From positions 1-15,245 of the forward strand of contig JBDRPD010000098.1 of NCBI GenBank assembly GCA_043827405.1: a stretch of 15,245 nucleotides of DNA. Reading direction: 5' to 3'. The notes beneath the pieces were generated by a model. The model made no database searches, was not told the origin of the DNA, and saw only the letters and a list, made by a program, of their open reading frames with translations. The position numbers and the translations under genes are program-made. This DNA comes from Elusimicrobiota bacterium (GTDB taxonomy: Bacteria; Elusimicrobiota; Elusimicrobia; UBA1565). Positions within the stretch are counted from its first letter, which is position 1. Each line of letters starts with the position of its first letter. This document shows, one piece after another, positions 1 through 7,416 of this stretch.

Positions 1-19
1 GCCCCTCTAAAAAAAACGC

Positions 20-25
20 TAGAAT
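20..25 (+). promoter_or_regulatory. Candidate -10 element (TAGAAT) for pta, probably a leaderless or very short-leader transcript
   Basis: TAGAAT at 20-25 lies 7 nt before the ATG at 33, with no Shine-Dalgarno in between. Confidence 0.4.
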
Positions 26-32
26 AATCATA

Positions 33-1028
33 ATGAAATTTATCGAAGACGTCTGCATCCGCGCAAAAAAACTGAACAAGACCATCGTCCTGCCCGAGGC
101 CGAAGACACCCGCGTACTTAAAGCCGCGGAGCTTTTGACAAAGGGCAAAGTCGCCAAAATACTGCTGGCCGGCAAGACCGAGGCAATAAAGAGCATTGCC
201 GGGCGCCACCAGATAGACATATCTAACATAGAGATCGCCGACAACCTTTCCTCTCCGCTGGCTCCGGAATATGCCGAAAAGTTCGCCCAAAAGCGCGAAA
301 AGAAAGGCATGACCCTTGAAAAAGCCAAACAGCAAATCGCCGAAGACCCCATGCTTTTCGCCGGTCTGCTGGTCGAGCACGGAAAAGCGGACGGCATGGT
401 GGCCGGCGCTACGCACTACACTTCTGACACCATAAGGGTGGCGGTGCAAACCGTGGGACTGGCCAGCGGCAACACTATTATCTCAAGCTTTTTTGCCATG
501 CTCACGCAAATGAAACAATACGGTGAAGACGGCACGCTCTTTTTTGCCGATTGCGGGGTCATGCCCAACCCTAACGCCAAACAGCTTGCCGAGATCGCCA
601 TTACCACCGCGTCTTCGTTTATCCGCCTTACGGGGAAAGAACCGCGGGTGGCCATGCTTTCTTTTTCCACGAAGACCTCGGCCGTTCACAAAGATGTTGA
701 CAAGGTCGTTGAGGCCACAAAGATCGCCCAACAAGCAAAGCCCGATCTTTTGCTCGATGGCGAACTGCAGGTTGACGCGGCGCTGGTAGAACAGATAGGC
801 AAGCGCAAGGCGCCGGCCTCACCGGTGGCCGGCCAGGCCAACATTTTGATCTTCCCCGACCTGGACGCCGGCAACATTGGCTACAAGCTGGTCGAGCGGC
901 TGGGAGGCGCCATCGCGCTGGGCCCCATTCTTCAGGGATGCGCCAGGCCCATCAACGATCTTTCGCGCGGATGCAGTGTGGACGACATAGTGAACGTCGT
1001 CGCCATAACCGCGCTCCAGAGCCAGTAA
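33..1028 (+). CDS. pta: Phosphate acetyltransferase (short, PTA_PTB-only form)
   Basis: 331 aa with typical Pta motifs: [82 protein letters not shown]...[13 protein letters not shown]. Confidence 0.95.
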   Translation: MKFIEDVCIRAKKLNKTIVLPEAEDTRVLKAAELLTKGKVAKILLAGKTEAIKSIAGRHQIDISNIEIADNLSSPLAPEYAEKFAQKREKKGMTLEKAKQQIAEDPMLFAGLLVEHGKADGMVAGATHYTSDTIRVAVQTVGLASGNTIISSFFAMLTQMKQYGEDGTLFFADCGVMPNPNAKQLAEIAITTASSFIRLTGKEPRVAMLSFSTKTSAVHKDVDKVVEATKIAQQAKPDLLLDGELQVDAALVEQIGKRKAPASPVAGQANILIFPDLDAGNIGYKLVERLGGAIALGPILQGCARPINDLSRGCSVDDIVNVVAITALQSQ

Positions 1029-1029
1029 A

Positions 1030-1189
1030 ATGAACAAAGCCTACCTTGCCGCCCTTATAAAAACCTGTAAGAGCAAAGGCGCCGAAAGCGCCGAGGCCTA
1101 TCTGGTGTCGTCCCTGACCACAAAGGTGGATGTCCTCAATCAGGAGGTCGAGTCCGTTGACGAGATGAAAGAAAATGGCCTGGCCCTGC
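1030..1189 (+). pseudogene. N-terminal fragment (~53 aa) of a TldD/PmbA-family protein, truncated at a sequence junction
   Basis: Starts 1 nt after the pta stop. KGAESAEAYLVSSLTTKVDVLNQEVESVDEMKENGLAL matches the PmbA/TldD N-terminus pattern (GA..AE.Y...S....V....VE......E.GL.LR). After GLAL the frame runs into Arg-rich antisense sequence of the giant gene. Confidence 0.7.
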
Positions 1190-4100
1190 CCCGTGCGGGG
1201 TTTGGATGCTCTCATCGTCGTAGGAGAAGTGATTGCCGACGATCATCGACTCGGGGGACGGCGCGTCCTCGCTCAGGAAGGGCGCGCCCATCAGCTCGCG
1301 GGTTTCCTTGGGCGCGCCGTCCGCCGACTCGAGGTAGCGCTCCCAGAGCTTCCCTTCGCGTTTGAGCGAGAAGAAGAAGTAGCCGCGGCGTTTGCCCTCG
1401 CCGTCCCGGACCGCGGCGAACTTGGCGGGGTTTAAGACCTTGGTCAGGCCGAGCGGTTCCTCGGCGTGCGGGATCATCATGATCGAGGCCTTCCAGGCGA
1501 GGAGGCCGAGGTCGTAGTCGTAGCCGTAGAAGTTGGTGTCGGCGCCGGCGCTGACCACCGAGAAGCCGATCTCGACGGCTTTTTCCATCGCGATCAGGAA
1601 GGCGCGCTTCGAGAGGTCCATGGTCTTGGCGACGGGGCGGTGGGCGGCGTAGCCCATCGACAGGTAGCCGCGGTCCGGCAGCCCGATAAACAGCATGCCG
1701 CTGATCATCTCGTTGGTGTCGGGGTCGCGGAAAAAGACGCCGTACCAGTCGTCGAGCTTGCCGGCTTCCTGCTGGCGCCGCGCCCAGTCCTTGTCGAGGT
1801 GCATGCGGCCGCCGGGCTTGCCCACGACCTCGTCCATATAGATCGGATGCCACTCCTCGAAGTCTTCAACCGTCAGCCGCTTGAGCTCATGGGTGACCTG
1901 CTCGCTCTTCTTGAGGACCTTCTTGAACTTGCTGCGGTGCTTGCCGTTGAGCGAGGCGAGAAAATCGGCGATCGTCTGCGCCGGCCGCACCCAGCGCACC
2001 CAGCGCGGCTGGACGTAGTAGCCGTCCTCGTCGCGGTAGGTTTCCAGTTCGGCGCGCGAAGGGTTGCGGATATTGACGACATCGACGCCCAGCTCTTTGA
2101 GCTTGGCGTCGTACTCCGGCTTGTACTCGCCCTTTTGGAACTTGGCGAACTTCATGCCGCGCGGGCTAACGCTGATCTTGGCGGCGAGGTCGATGTCTTC
2201 GGCGCCCTGCTCGGGGGCGATCCGCATTTGGTGACGGCCGTAGATTTCGTCGATGTTGGCATACGCCTGCTGGTCGCTCGCGCCGTTGGCGACGATCAGG
2301 CCGACGCGGCTGCCGCCCTCATTGGGCAGGGCGACGTGGTCTCCCGCCTCCTTAAAGTAGCGCAGGGAGTGCAGGGCGTCGCCGGCGGGGCCGTTGAGCT
2401 TCACTTCCTTAAGGATGCCGGTGACGTCGGGGAATAGGAATTTGCCGGCCAGATGGGTGCGCGGCGCGCGCGCCTTGAAAACCGGGCCGGGCACCCCGAC
2501 CGCCGCCATGAAGGCCTCTTTGACGAGGTCCACGCCCCATACCGCCTCGACCCAGTCATGAACGTAGACGCCGCCCATGCGGGCATTGGCTTCGATGATG
2601 CGGGGGCCTTCGGAGGTCTGCTTGGCCTCAATATGGAATACGCCGTTGTCGAGGCCGATGGCGGCGGCGGTATTTACCGCCAAATCTTTAAGCGCCGCCT
2701 GGTCGTTCTCCGTCAGGCGGCTCGGCAGGTTCGAACCGGTCGCTATGAAATTGGGCCGCTGGGTCGGCCAGTTGTCGGTGACGGAGGCGTAGACCGCTTT
2801 GCCGCCGCGCATCACGACGTCGACATCCACCTCGTCGCCGTCCAGGTACTGTTCGAGCACCAGGCCGACATCGGTAGAGAAGGCGCCGTCGACGGCGGCC
2901 GTCCGCTCGATGTCCTTGAGCGCCTTGGCGTAGGCCAGCCGGGTCTCGACTTCGCTGTTTACCTCGAAGACCATTTTGGCCTCGGCTCCCGAGGCGGGCT
3001 TCAGGATGGCCGGGAAGCCGACTTTTTCGATCGCGGCGTCCAGGTCTTTATGCGAGCGGATATGGGCGAAGCGGGGAGTGGGCAGGCCGGCCTTCTCCAT
3101 TCGCGTCCGGGTCGCGGACTTGTCGCGGGCGGTATGGGCCGCGTCCGGCGACAGATACGGCAGCTTGAGCGCCGCGGCGAGCTCGGCTGTCAGCGGCACG
3201 TCGTCCTCCCAGAAGGAGGTGATGCCGTCGATCTCTCCGGTCAGGCCGCGGGCCGCAAGCGCCTTGAGCGCCTGCGCGGCGGCTTCTTTGTCCGCGAGCT
3301 TCAGGGTGTCCACGGCGATGAAATCGTCGACCAAAGTCCCGGCGAAGGAGCCGGGCTTGTCTATCAGGATGATCTTTACGCCCAGCTTCCTGGCCTTTTC
3401 GAAAATGAAGCGCTTCCCTTTATAGCCGGCGCCGACCACTACGATGCGCTTGCCCTTGAGCGCGTCCTCGCGCGCGCGGCTGAGCATGGTCGCGACCCAC
3501 TCCCGTGAATGGCTGCCCGCGCGTTCGGGGTAGAATTCGTCGATTTGGATCTGCCCGCCCGAGTCGTGGTCGTTGACCTCGATGACCATCGGAACGAGTT
3601 CGCCGTCCTGCAGGTGCGTCATGATGTCGAGGCGTACGAAATCGGTCTTGGCTTGATGCGGCGCGCCGTCTTCGCGCGCGAGCAGCTCTTCCTTTTCCCA
3701 GATCGCCTCCAGGGCTTTTTCGGCGGTGTCCTTGAGCCGGGCCGTGAAGGCCGCCGCTTCCGCTGCGGTCGTCAGCAGCCCGTGCTGCCGGCGCATCATG
3801 GCGATTACGTCCTCGTAGGGGATGATCAGGGCGGCGTCGTCGAGGCTCTTTTTCCAGTCGCCGTTGGGGCCGCCCGGCTCGCTGACCGTCGGCTTGCCCC
3901 AGGCGCCGGCCCGGACCATGATTTCGGTGGCCTTGGCTTTGCCCCAGGGCGTGCGCATGGCGTAGACGCCGAGGTTGAAATCCTTCTTGCTGTGTGGTTC
4001 TCCTTTGGCGATCTCTTCCTTGGTCAGGAAATCGGTGCCCACGGCGCCGTCGATGCGGATGCCCCAGGAGTCGTGCTCCGCCTTCTCGCCGCCGTCGTTG

Positions 4101-7100
4101 AGGTGCGTGGTGCGGTGATAGAGCGCCGGCGGGGTCAGCCGCTGATCGATGAGGATCGAGCCGTCCGCGGTCATCTCGGCGTCCTTGGACAGCGCCAGAA
4201 CGTGGTCGACGATGGCGTCGACGTCCTTGGTGTTGAAGAAGCCCACGCCTTTCGATGAGTGCCACTGCGGGCCGGAGGGCTTGACTACGACTTCGCCGCC
4301 GAGCCGGTCGGCGTTGGCCATCAGGAAGGCCTCGACCCGGCCCTGAATATCGGCGCGGCGATCCGAGAACGCCGAGATCATGACGCCGTTGGCGGCGGCC
4401 TGCTGCGCCGAGGCGTCGGCTTGCAGCGGATGCGCCGCCATCAGGAAGGCCAAGGTCGCCGGGACCGCCACGCCCTTGGCCGCCATCCACATGCGGGTCA
4501 GGAGCTTGTCGTTGGTGGTCTTTTCCAGCTGCAGCGAGCTGGACTGCGGGACATCGAGCTCGCGCTCGAAAGCGTTGCCGTCGGTGCGTTCGTTGGCGCC
4601 CGCGGTGAAGAAGTTGGCGAAGTAGCGGACCTGTTTGGGATGCTGGTATTCGGCGACCACAGCCCGGCCGTCGGCGTCGAAGTAGAGCCCCTTTTTGAGG
4701 AGCAGCCGCGTCTTGCCGCCGGGCAGCTCTTCCTGGATCAGCCATGAGGCGTCGAAGACGAGGTGCACGTCGCCGGGCGACTGCCGCCCGCCCTCTTGGA
4801 TGATCGGCAGCTTATGCGCCGAGGGCGGAGCCAGGATCGCCACCGTCGGCCGCTCCTGGTCGGGGGCCTCTTTTACCTTGACCGTCCGGTAGGAATCGAT
4901 GCCGAGGCGCTTGAGGTTGGCGGAGAGCTTGGCCCACTCCTTTTTAGTCTGCTTCTTGTCTGAGCGGAATGTCCGCCGGTACGGCTGGTCGAGGTTGCGC
5001 TTAAGATAGGCGCGCAGAGCGATCAAGGTTACCGCCATGGCGCCCAGAGCGATATTCATGACGATGAAGGCGGTCGCCGTCGGGATGTCGTTGGCGTTGA
5101 CGAAGATGTCGAAGACTTTGGAGAGTCCGTAGACGCTGGCCACCGACAGCACCGAGGTGGCCATCTGGATAAATCCCATGACCTTGGTGACGTCCTTCTC
5201 CGGGGTCAGGCGGCCGGCGAGGCTCTTGAGCTTGAGCATCGGCACGACCGAAGCGATGCCGAAGAGGAAGACCCCGGCATAGGCCGGCAGCGCCAGGCCG
5301 CTGATCATCGGCAGGAAGAAGACCAAGGACAGCGAGCCCCAGAGCATCCACTTCAGGGTGGACTGCTCCATCTTCTTCTGCAAATCCTCGTCCGACATTT
5401 CCCAGGCGTCTTTCTTCTGTTCCAGCTTCTTGTTGGCGCGCAGCATCAAGAGCGAGCCGAGCATGCTGCCCAAGCTGTAGATGCCGACCGTCCAGGCCTG
5501 GATGGGAGCGGCCGCGGTCGCCGAGCCGGCGACGAAGAGCCCGAAGGCCGGCGCGATGATCGCGTAGAGGAAGACGTTGATCATGAGAAAGCCGGCGTCG
5601 GCCATGGCGGTGGTGCGCAGCGCCGGCCGCGTCAGGGTGACCTTGGCTCCTTCGTAGGACTTCTTCCATACCTCGTCGCGCAGGACATGCCAAATCTGTT
5701 TAAAAACGGCGCGCTTGCCGTTCTCCTCTCGCGCCGCACCTTCGGCGTTATCCGCCGAAGGTGCCGCCTCCGCCGCTTTCTTTTTCCTCGCATCCGGTAC
5801 CTTGAGGAAGATGGCGAAAAAGGCGATGGCCGACAGCAAAATGATCGGATAGGCGCCGAGGGTGAAGGCGAAGGTCCCGGTCGTGGAGATTATGTAGCCG
5901 GCGACGATGGGCGCGCCGATGCCGGCGAACTCCAGGATGAACTGGTAGTAGCCCCAGAACTTTTCGAGCAGCACCTGGTTCTTGCCGAACATGACCCGCG
6001 GAATCGAATGCTCCGAGGTCAGAGCGATACCGGTGAAAAATCCATTGACCGCCGAGATGGCGAAGTAGAGGGGGATGGTCATGCTCCCGGTCAGGAGCAT
6101 GCCGACGAGAACGCCGAGGCTCAGGGCGCGGCCGATCTCGGCGCCGAGGAAGGTCTTCTTGAGGCCGAAATGGTCGGGCAGAACTCCGCCGACGGCGTTG
6201 CCGAGGATGCGGCCGCCCAGCGAGAAGAACATCACCGAGGCGTAGACGCTGAAATTGCCGTAGGTCTGCTTGATCAACTGCGGCATGCTCTGGCCGAAGA
6301 ACTCCTGGGCGATTTGCGCCAGTCCCAGCCCGCCGATGAAAGCGATAACGGCCTTGGTCCAGAAGCGGCCCTTGTCCTTCTTGTCTATGACCGGGGCGGC
6401 GGCTGTCTCGTCCGCCGCGGCCTGGACGCTTTCCTCGGCTTCGCTGATGGTGCGCTTGAGACCGTCGCGCAGACCGCCGGCCGCCGGGCCGCGGGAGACT
6501 TTATTTTCAATGCGGCGCAGGGATTCGACGGCCTTCTCGCCGCCCTTTTCGCTGATCGCCGCAACGGTTTTACGCAGGCGTCCCAAGGCCGCGGCATCCG
6601 CAAAGCGTCCTTCTTCGGATATGTCCGCGTACTGCTCGGCGGCCTGCGCTTCGAGATCTTCGAGCGTGACGTCCTCATGAGCGCTGACCGCGCCGGCGTC
6701 GGCCTTGCCGGAACGGGTAAACAGCGACTTGAGGGCGCCGAAGCGGGCGGCAGGGGAAGCGGATTTTTGAATGCGGTCGACCCCGGTCTGCAGGGACTTT
6801 CTGATTGCGGGTTTATGCGCTTTTTTCTGCTCTTTGACCGGCGGCGCCCGCGACGAATGGGCGGCGATGCCGACTGCCTGCGCTCCCGGGGCGGCGTTGG
6901 GGAGCACCTCGGTCTTGAGCGTCTTGGTCTGGATTACCGCCGGTCCGCCGACCTGTACGGAGGCGGTATGCTCAACGGTGGGCAGCGCGGTAGTTAAATT
7001 GAGATTCAGCTGGGTCCCGGGCTTAAGGGTTAGATCGGAGGCGGCGGCGCCCGCGACGCCGGCGGCGCCGGAGCCGAGACCCGGCTGGGCCACGCTCGCG

Positions 7101-7216
7101 GGAATCCTGCCGGTCACCGCGGCCAGCAGCCGGTACGGTTCCATGCCCGGCGCTAAGACAAGCATGGCGCCGGCCAAGCCGACGGCGATGATGCGTTTTG
7201 CGGTTTTTGCCTTCAT
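1136..7216 (-). CDS. Giant multidomain protein (~2026 aa): signal-like leader, linker, MFS transporter, carnosine-synthase-like tandem ATP-grasp ligase, FemAB/GNAT-like domain
   Basis: Single uninterrupted ORF. The preferred start is ATG 7216 (MKAKTAKRIIAVGLAG..., GAAGG upstream) rather than 7318. Domains are recognised from motifs (see sub-features). The last ~18 codons (1136-1189) are probably non-native read-through across the junction. Confidence 0.88.
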   Translation of the reverse strand: MKAKTAKRIIAVGLAGAMLVLAPGMEPYRLLAAVTGRIPASVAQPGLGSGAAGVAGAAASDLTLKPGTQLNLNLTTALPTVEHTASVQVGGPAVIQTKTLKTEVLPNAAPGAQAVGIAAHSSRAPPVKEQKKAHKPAIRKSLQTGVDRIQKSASPAARFGALKSLFTRSGKADAGAVSAHEDVTLEDLEAQAAEQYADISEEGRFADAAALGRLRKTVAAISEKGGEKAVESLRRIENKVSRGPAAGGLRDGLKRTISEAEESVQAAADETAAAPVIDKKDKGRFWTKAVIAFIGGLGLAQIAQEFFGQSMPQLIKQTYGNFSVYASVMFFSLGGRILGNAVGGVLPDHFGLKKTFLGAEIGRALSLGVLVGMLLTGSMTIPLYFAISAVNGFFTGIALTSEHSIPRVMFGKNQVLLEKFWGYYQFILEFAGIGAPIVAGYIISTTGTFAFTLGAYPIILLSAIAFFAIFLKVPDARKKKAAEAAPSADNAEGAAREENGKRAVFKQIWHVLRDEVWKKSYEGAKVTLTRPALRTTAMADAGFLMINVFLYAIIAPAFGLFVAGSATAAAPIQAWTVGIYSLGSMLGSLLMLRANKKLEQKKDAWEMSDEDLQKKMEQSTLKWMLWGSLSLVFFLPMISGLALPAYAGVFLFGIASVVPMLKLKSLAGRLTPEKDVTKVMGFIQMATSVLSVASVYGLSKVFDIFVNANDIPTATAFIVMNIALGAMAVTLIALRAYLKRNLDQPYRRTFRSDKKQTKKEWAKLSANLKRLGIDSYRTVKVKEAPDQERPTVAILAPPSAHKLPIIQEGGRQSPGDVHLVFDASWLIQEELPGGKTRLLLKKGLYFDADGRAVVAEYQHPKQVRYFANFFTAGANERTDGNAFERELDVPQSSSLQLEKTTNDKLLTRMWMAAKGVAVPATLAFLMAAHPLQADASAQQAAANGVMISAFSDRRADIQGRVEAFLMANADRLGGEVVVKPSGPQWHSSKGVGFFNTKDVDAIVDHVLALSKDAEMTADGSILIDQRLTPPALYHRTTHLNDGGEKAEHDSWGIRIDGAVGTDFLTKEEIAKGEPHSKKDFNLGVYAMRTPWGKAKATEIMVRAGAWGKPTVSEPGGPNGDWKKSLDDAALIIPYEDVIAMMRRQHGLLTTAAEAAAFTARLKDTAEKALEAIWEKEELLAREDGAPHQAKTDFVRLDIMTHLQDGELVPMVIEVNDHDSGGQIQIDEFYPERAGSHSREWVATMLSRAREDALKGKRIVVVGAGYKGKRFIFEKARKLGVKIILIDKPGSFAGTLVDDFIAVDTLKLADKEAAAQALKALAARGLTGEIDGITSFWEDDVPLTAELAAALKLPYLSPDAAHTARDKSATRTRMEKAGLPTPRFAHIRSHKDLDAAIEKVGFPAILKPASGAEAKMVFEVNSEVETRLAYAKALKDIERTAAVDGAFSTDVGLVLEQYLDGDEVDVDVVMRGGKAVYASVTDNWPTQRPNFIATGSNLPSRLTENDQAALKDLAVNTAAAIGLDNGVFHIEAKQTSEGPRIIEANARMGGVYVHDWVEAVWGVDLVKEAFMAAVGVPGPVFKARAPRTHLAGKFLFPDVTGILKEVKLNGPAGDALHSLRYFKEAGDHVALPNEGGSRVGLIVANGASDQQAYANIDEIYGRHQMRIAPEQGAEDIDLAAKISVSPRGMKFAKFQKGEYKPEYDAKLKELGVDVVNIRNPSRAELETYRDEDGYYVQPRWVRWVRPAQTIADFLASLNGKHRSKFKKVLKKSEQVTHELKRLTVEDFEEWHPIYMDEVVGKPGGRMHLDKDWARRQQEAGKLDDWYGVFFRDPDTNEMISGMLFIGLPDRGYLSMGYAAHRPVAKTMDLSKRAFLIAMEKAVEIGFSVVSAGADTNFYGYDYDLGLLAWKASIMMIPHAEEPLGLTKVLNPAKFAAVRDGEGKRRGYFFFSLKREGKLWERYLESADGAPKETRELMGAPFLSEDAPSPESMIVGNHFSYDDESIQTPHGAGPGHFLSSRQRTRPPD
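1190..2150 (-). other. C-terminal GNAT-fold domain, FemABX/Acetyltransf_6-like
   Basis: DFLASLNGKHRSKFKKVLKK matches the 'L..K.R...++' helix. MEKAVEIGFSVVSAGADTNFYG and the terminal GLLAWK match the 'GL..FK' signature of Fem-like proteins. Confidence 0.7.
2220..3460 (-). other. Second ATP-grasp domain (L-amino-acid ligase / CARNS1 catalytic-half-like, with C-terminal extension)
   Basis: Motifs KRIVVVGAG, DGITSFWEDDV, ARDKSATR, GFPAILKPASGA, VLEQYLDGDEVDVD, SVTDNWPT and GVFHIEAKQTSEGPRIIEANARMGG. Confidence 0.92.
3490..4860 (-). other. First ATP-grasp domain (CARNS1 N-terminal-half-like)
   Basis: Motifs NDKLLTRMWMAAKGVAVPAT, VVVKPSGPQWHSSKGV, ILIDQRL, TDFVRLDIM and PMVIEVND. Confidence 0.8.
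5000..6365 (-). other. MFS transporter domain of the giant protein (12 TM, DHA3/MFS_3 efflux-like)
   Basis: Twelve hydrophobic segments in a 6+6 arrangement with a charged central loop. An MFS motif-A variant, GGVLPDHFGLKK, lies after TM2, and AGIGAPIVAGYII is in TM5. Confidence 0.85.
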
Positions 7217-7322
7217 TTCTTGACCTTCAACAAAGTATGGTTCGCTTGGCGGGGGGGCGCCTGAGCCAAAGGACGTATAGAGGAGGGACAGAGGACCTAA
7301 CCCCGGAGACCTATGCAATTAT

Positions 7323-7392
7323 GGGGTCAGGCCTTGCGATTGTTGACTTCCCGGCCGGTGTGAGAATGTCAACAATCGCAAGGCCTGACCCC
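7323..7392. repeat. Perfect 25-bp inverted repeat with 20-nt spacer (REP/REPIN-like)
   Basis: GGGGTCAGGCCTTGCGATTGTTGAC (7323-7347) is the exact reverse complement of GTCAACAATCGCAAGGCCTGACCCC (7368-7392). Confidence 0.95.
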
Positions 7393-7399
7393 GCACGTT

Positions 7400-7408
7400 T
7401 GCTAAAAT
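7400..7408 (+). promoter_or_regulatory. Extended -10 promoter (TGcTAAAAT) for the SRPBCC-rmuC operon
   Basis: TG-n-TAAAAT ends 8 nt upstream of the ATG at 7417. Confidence 0.55.
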
Positions 7409-7416
7409 GATGGACC

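Noticed and set aside
33..1028. pta as acetyl-CoA supplier for the giant protein's GNAT domain
   Set aside because: It lies across a probable chimeric junction with different base composition, so the adjacency is not trustworthy.
1190..1365. C-terminal part of ORF 1030..1365
   Set aside because: Antisense read-through into the giant gene after the junction; not PmbA-like.
1466..6997. Long alternative ORFs overlapping the giant gene (1466-2437, 2453-3508, 3420-4745, 3509-4258, 5001-5693, 5687-6997)
   Set aside because: Antisense or frame-shifted shadows typical of high-GC coding DNA. They are Arg/Gly-rich or mirror the codon pattern and have no recognisable motifs.
7217..7318. Upstream extension of the giant ORF to ATG 7318
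   Set aside because: The extra 34 aa are not protein-like and overlap the repeat/promoter region. ATG 7216 has an SD-like GAAGG and begins a classic leader.
7323..7392. Inverted repeat as rho-independent terminator or CRISPR repeat
   Set aside because: No poly-U tail, located between divergent genes, and no direct-repeat/spacer array or cas genes.
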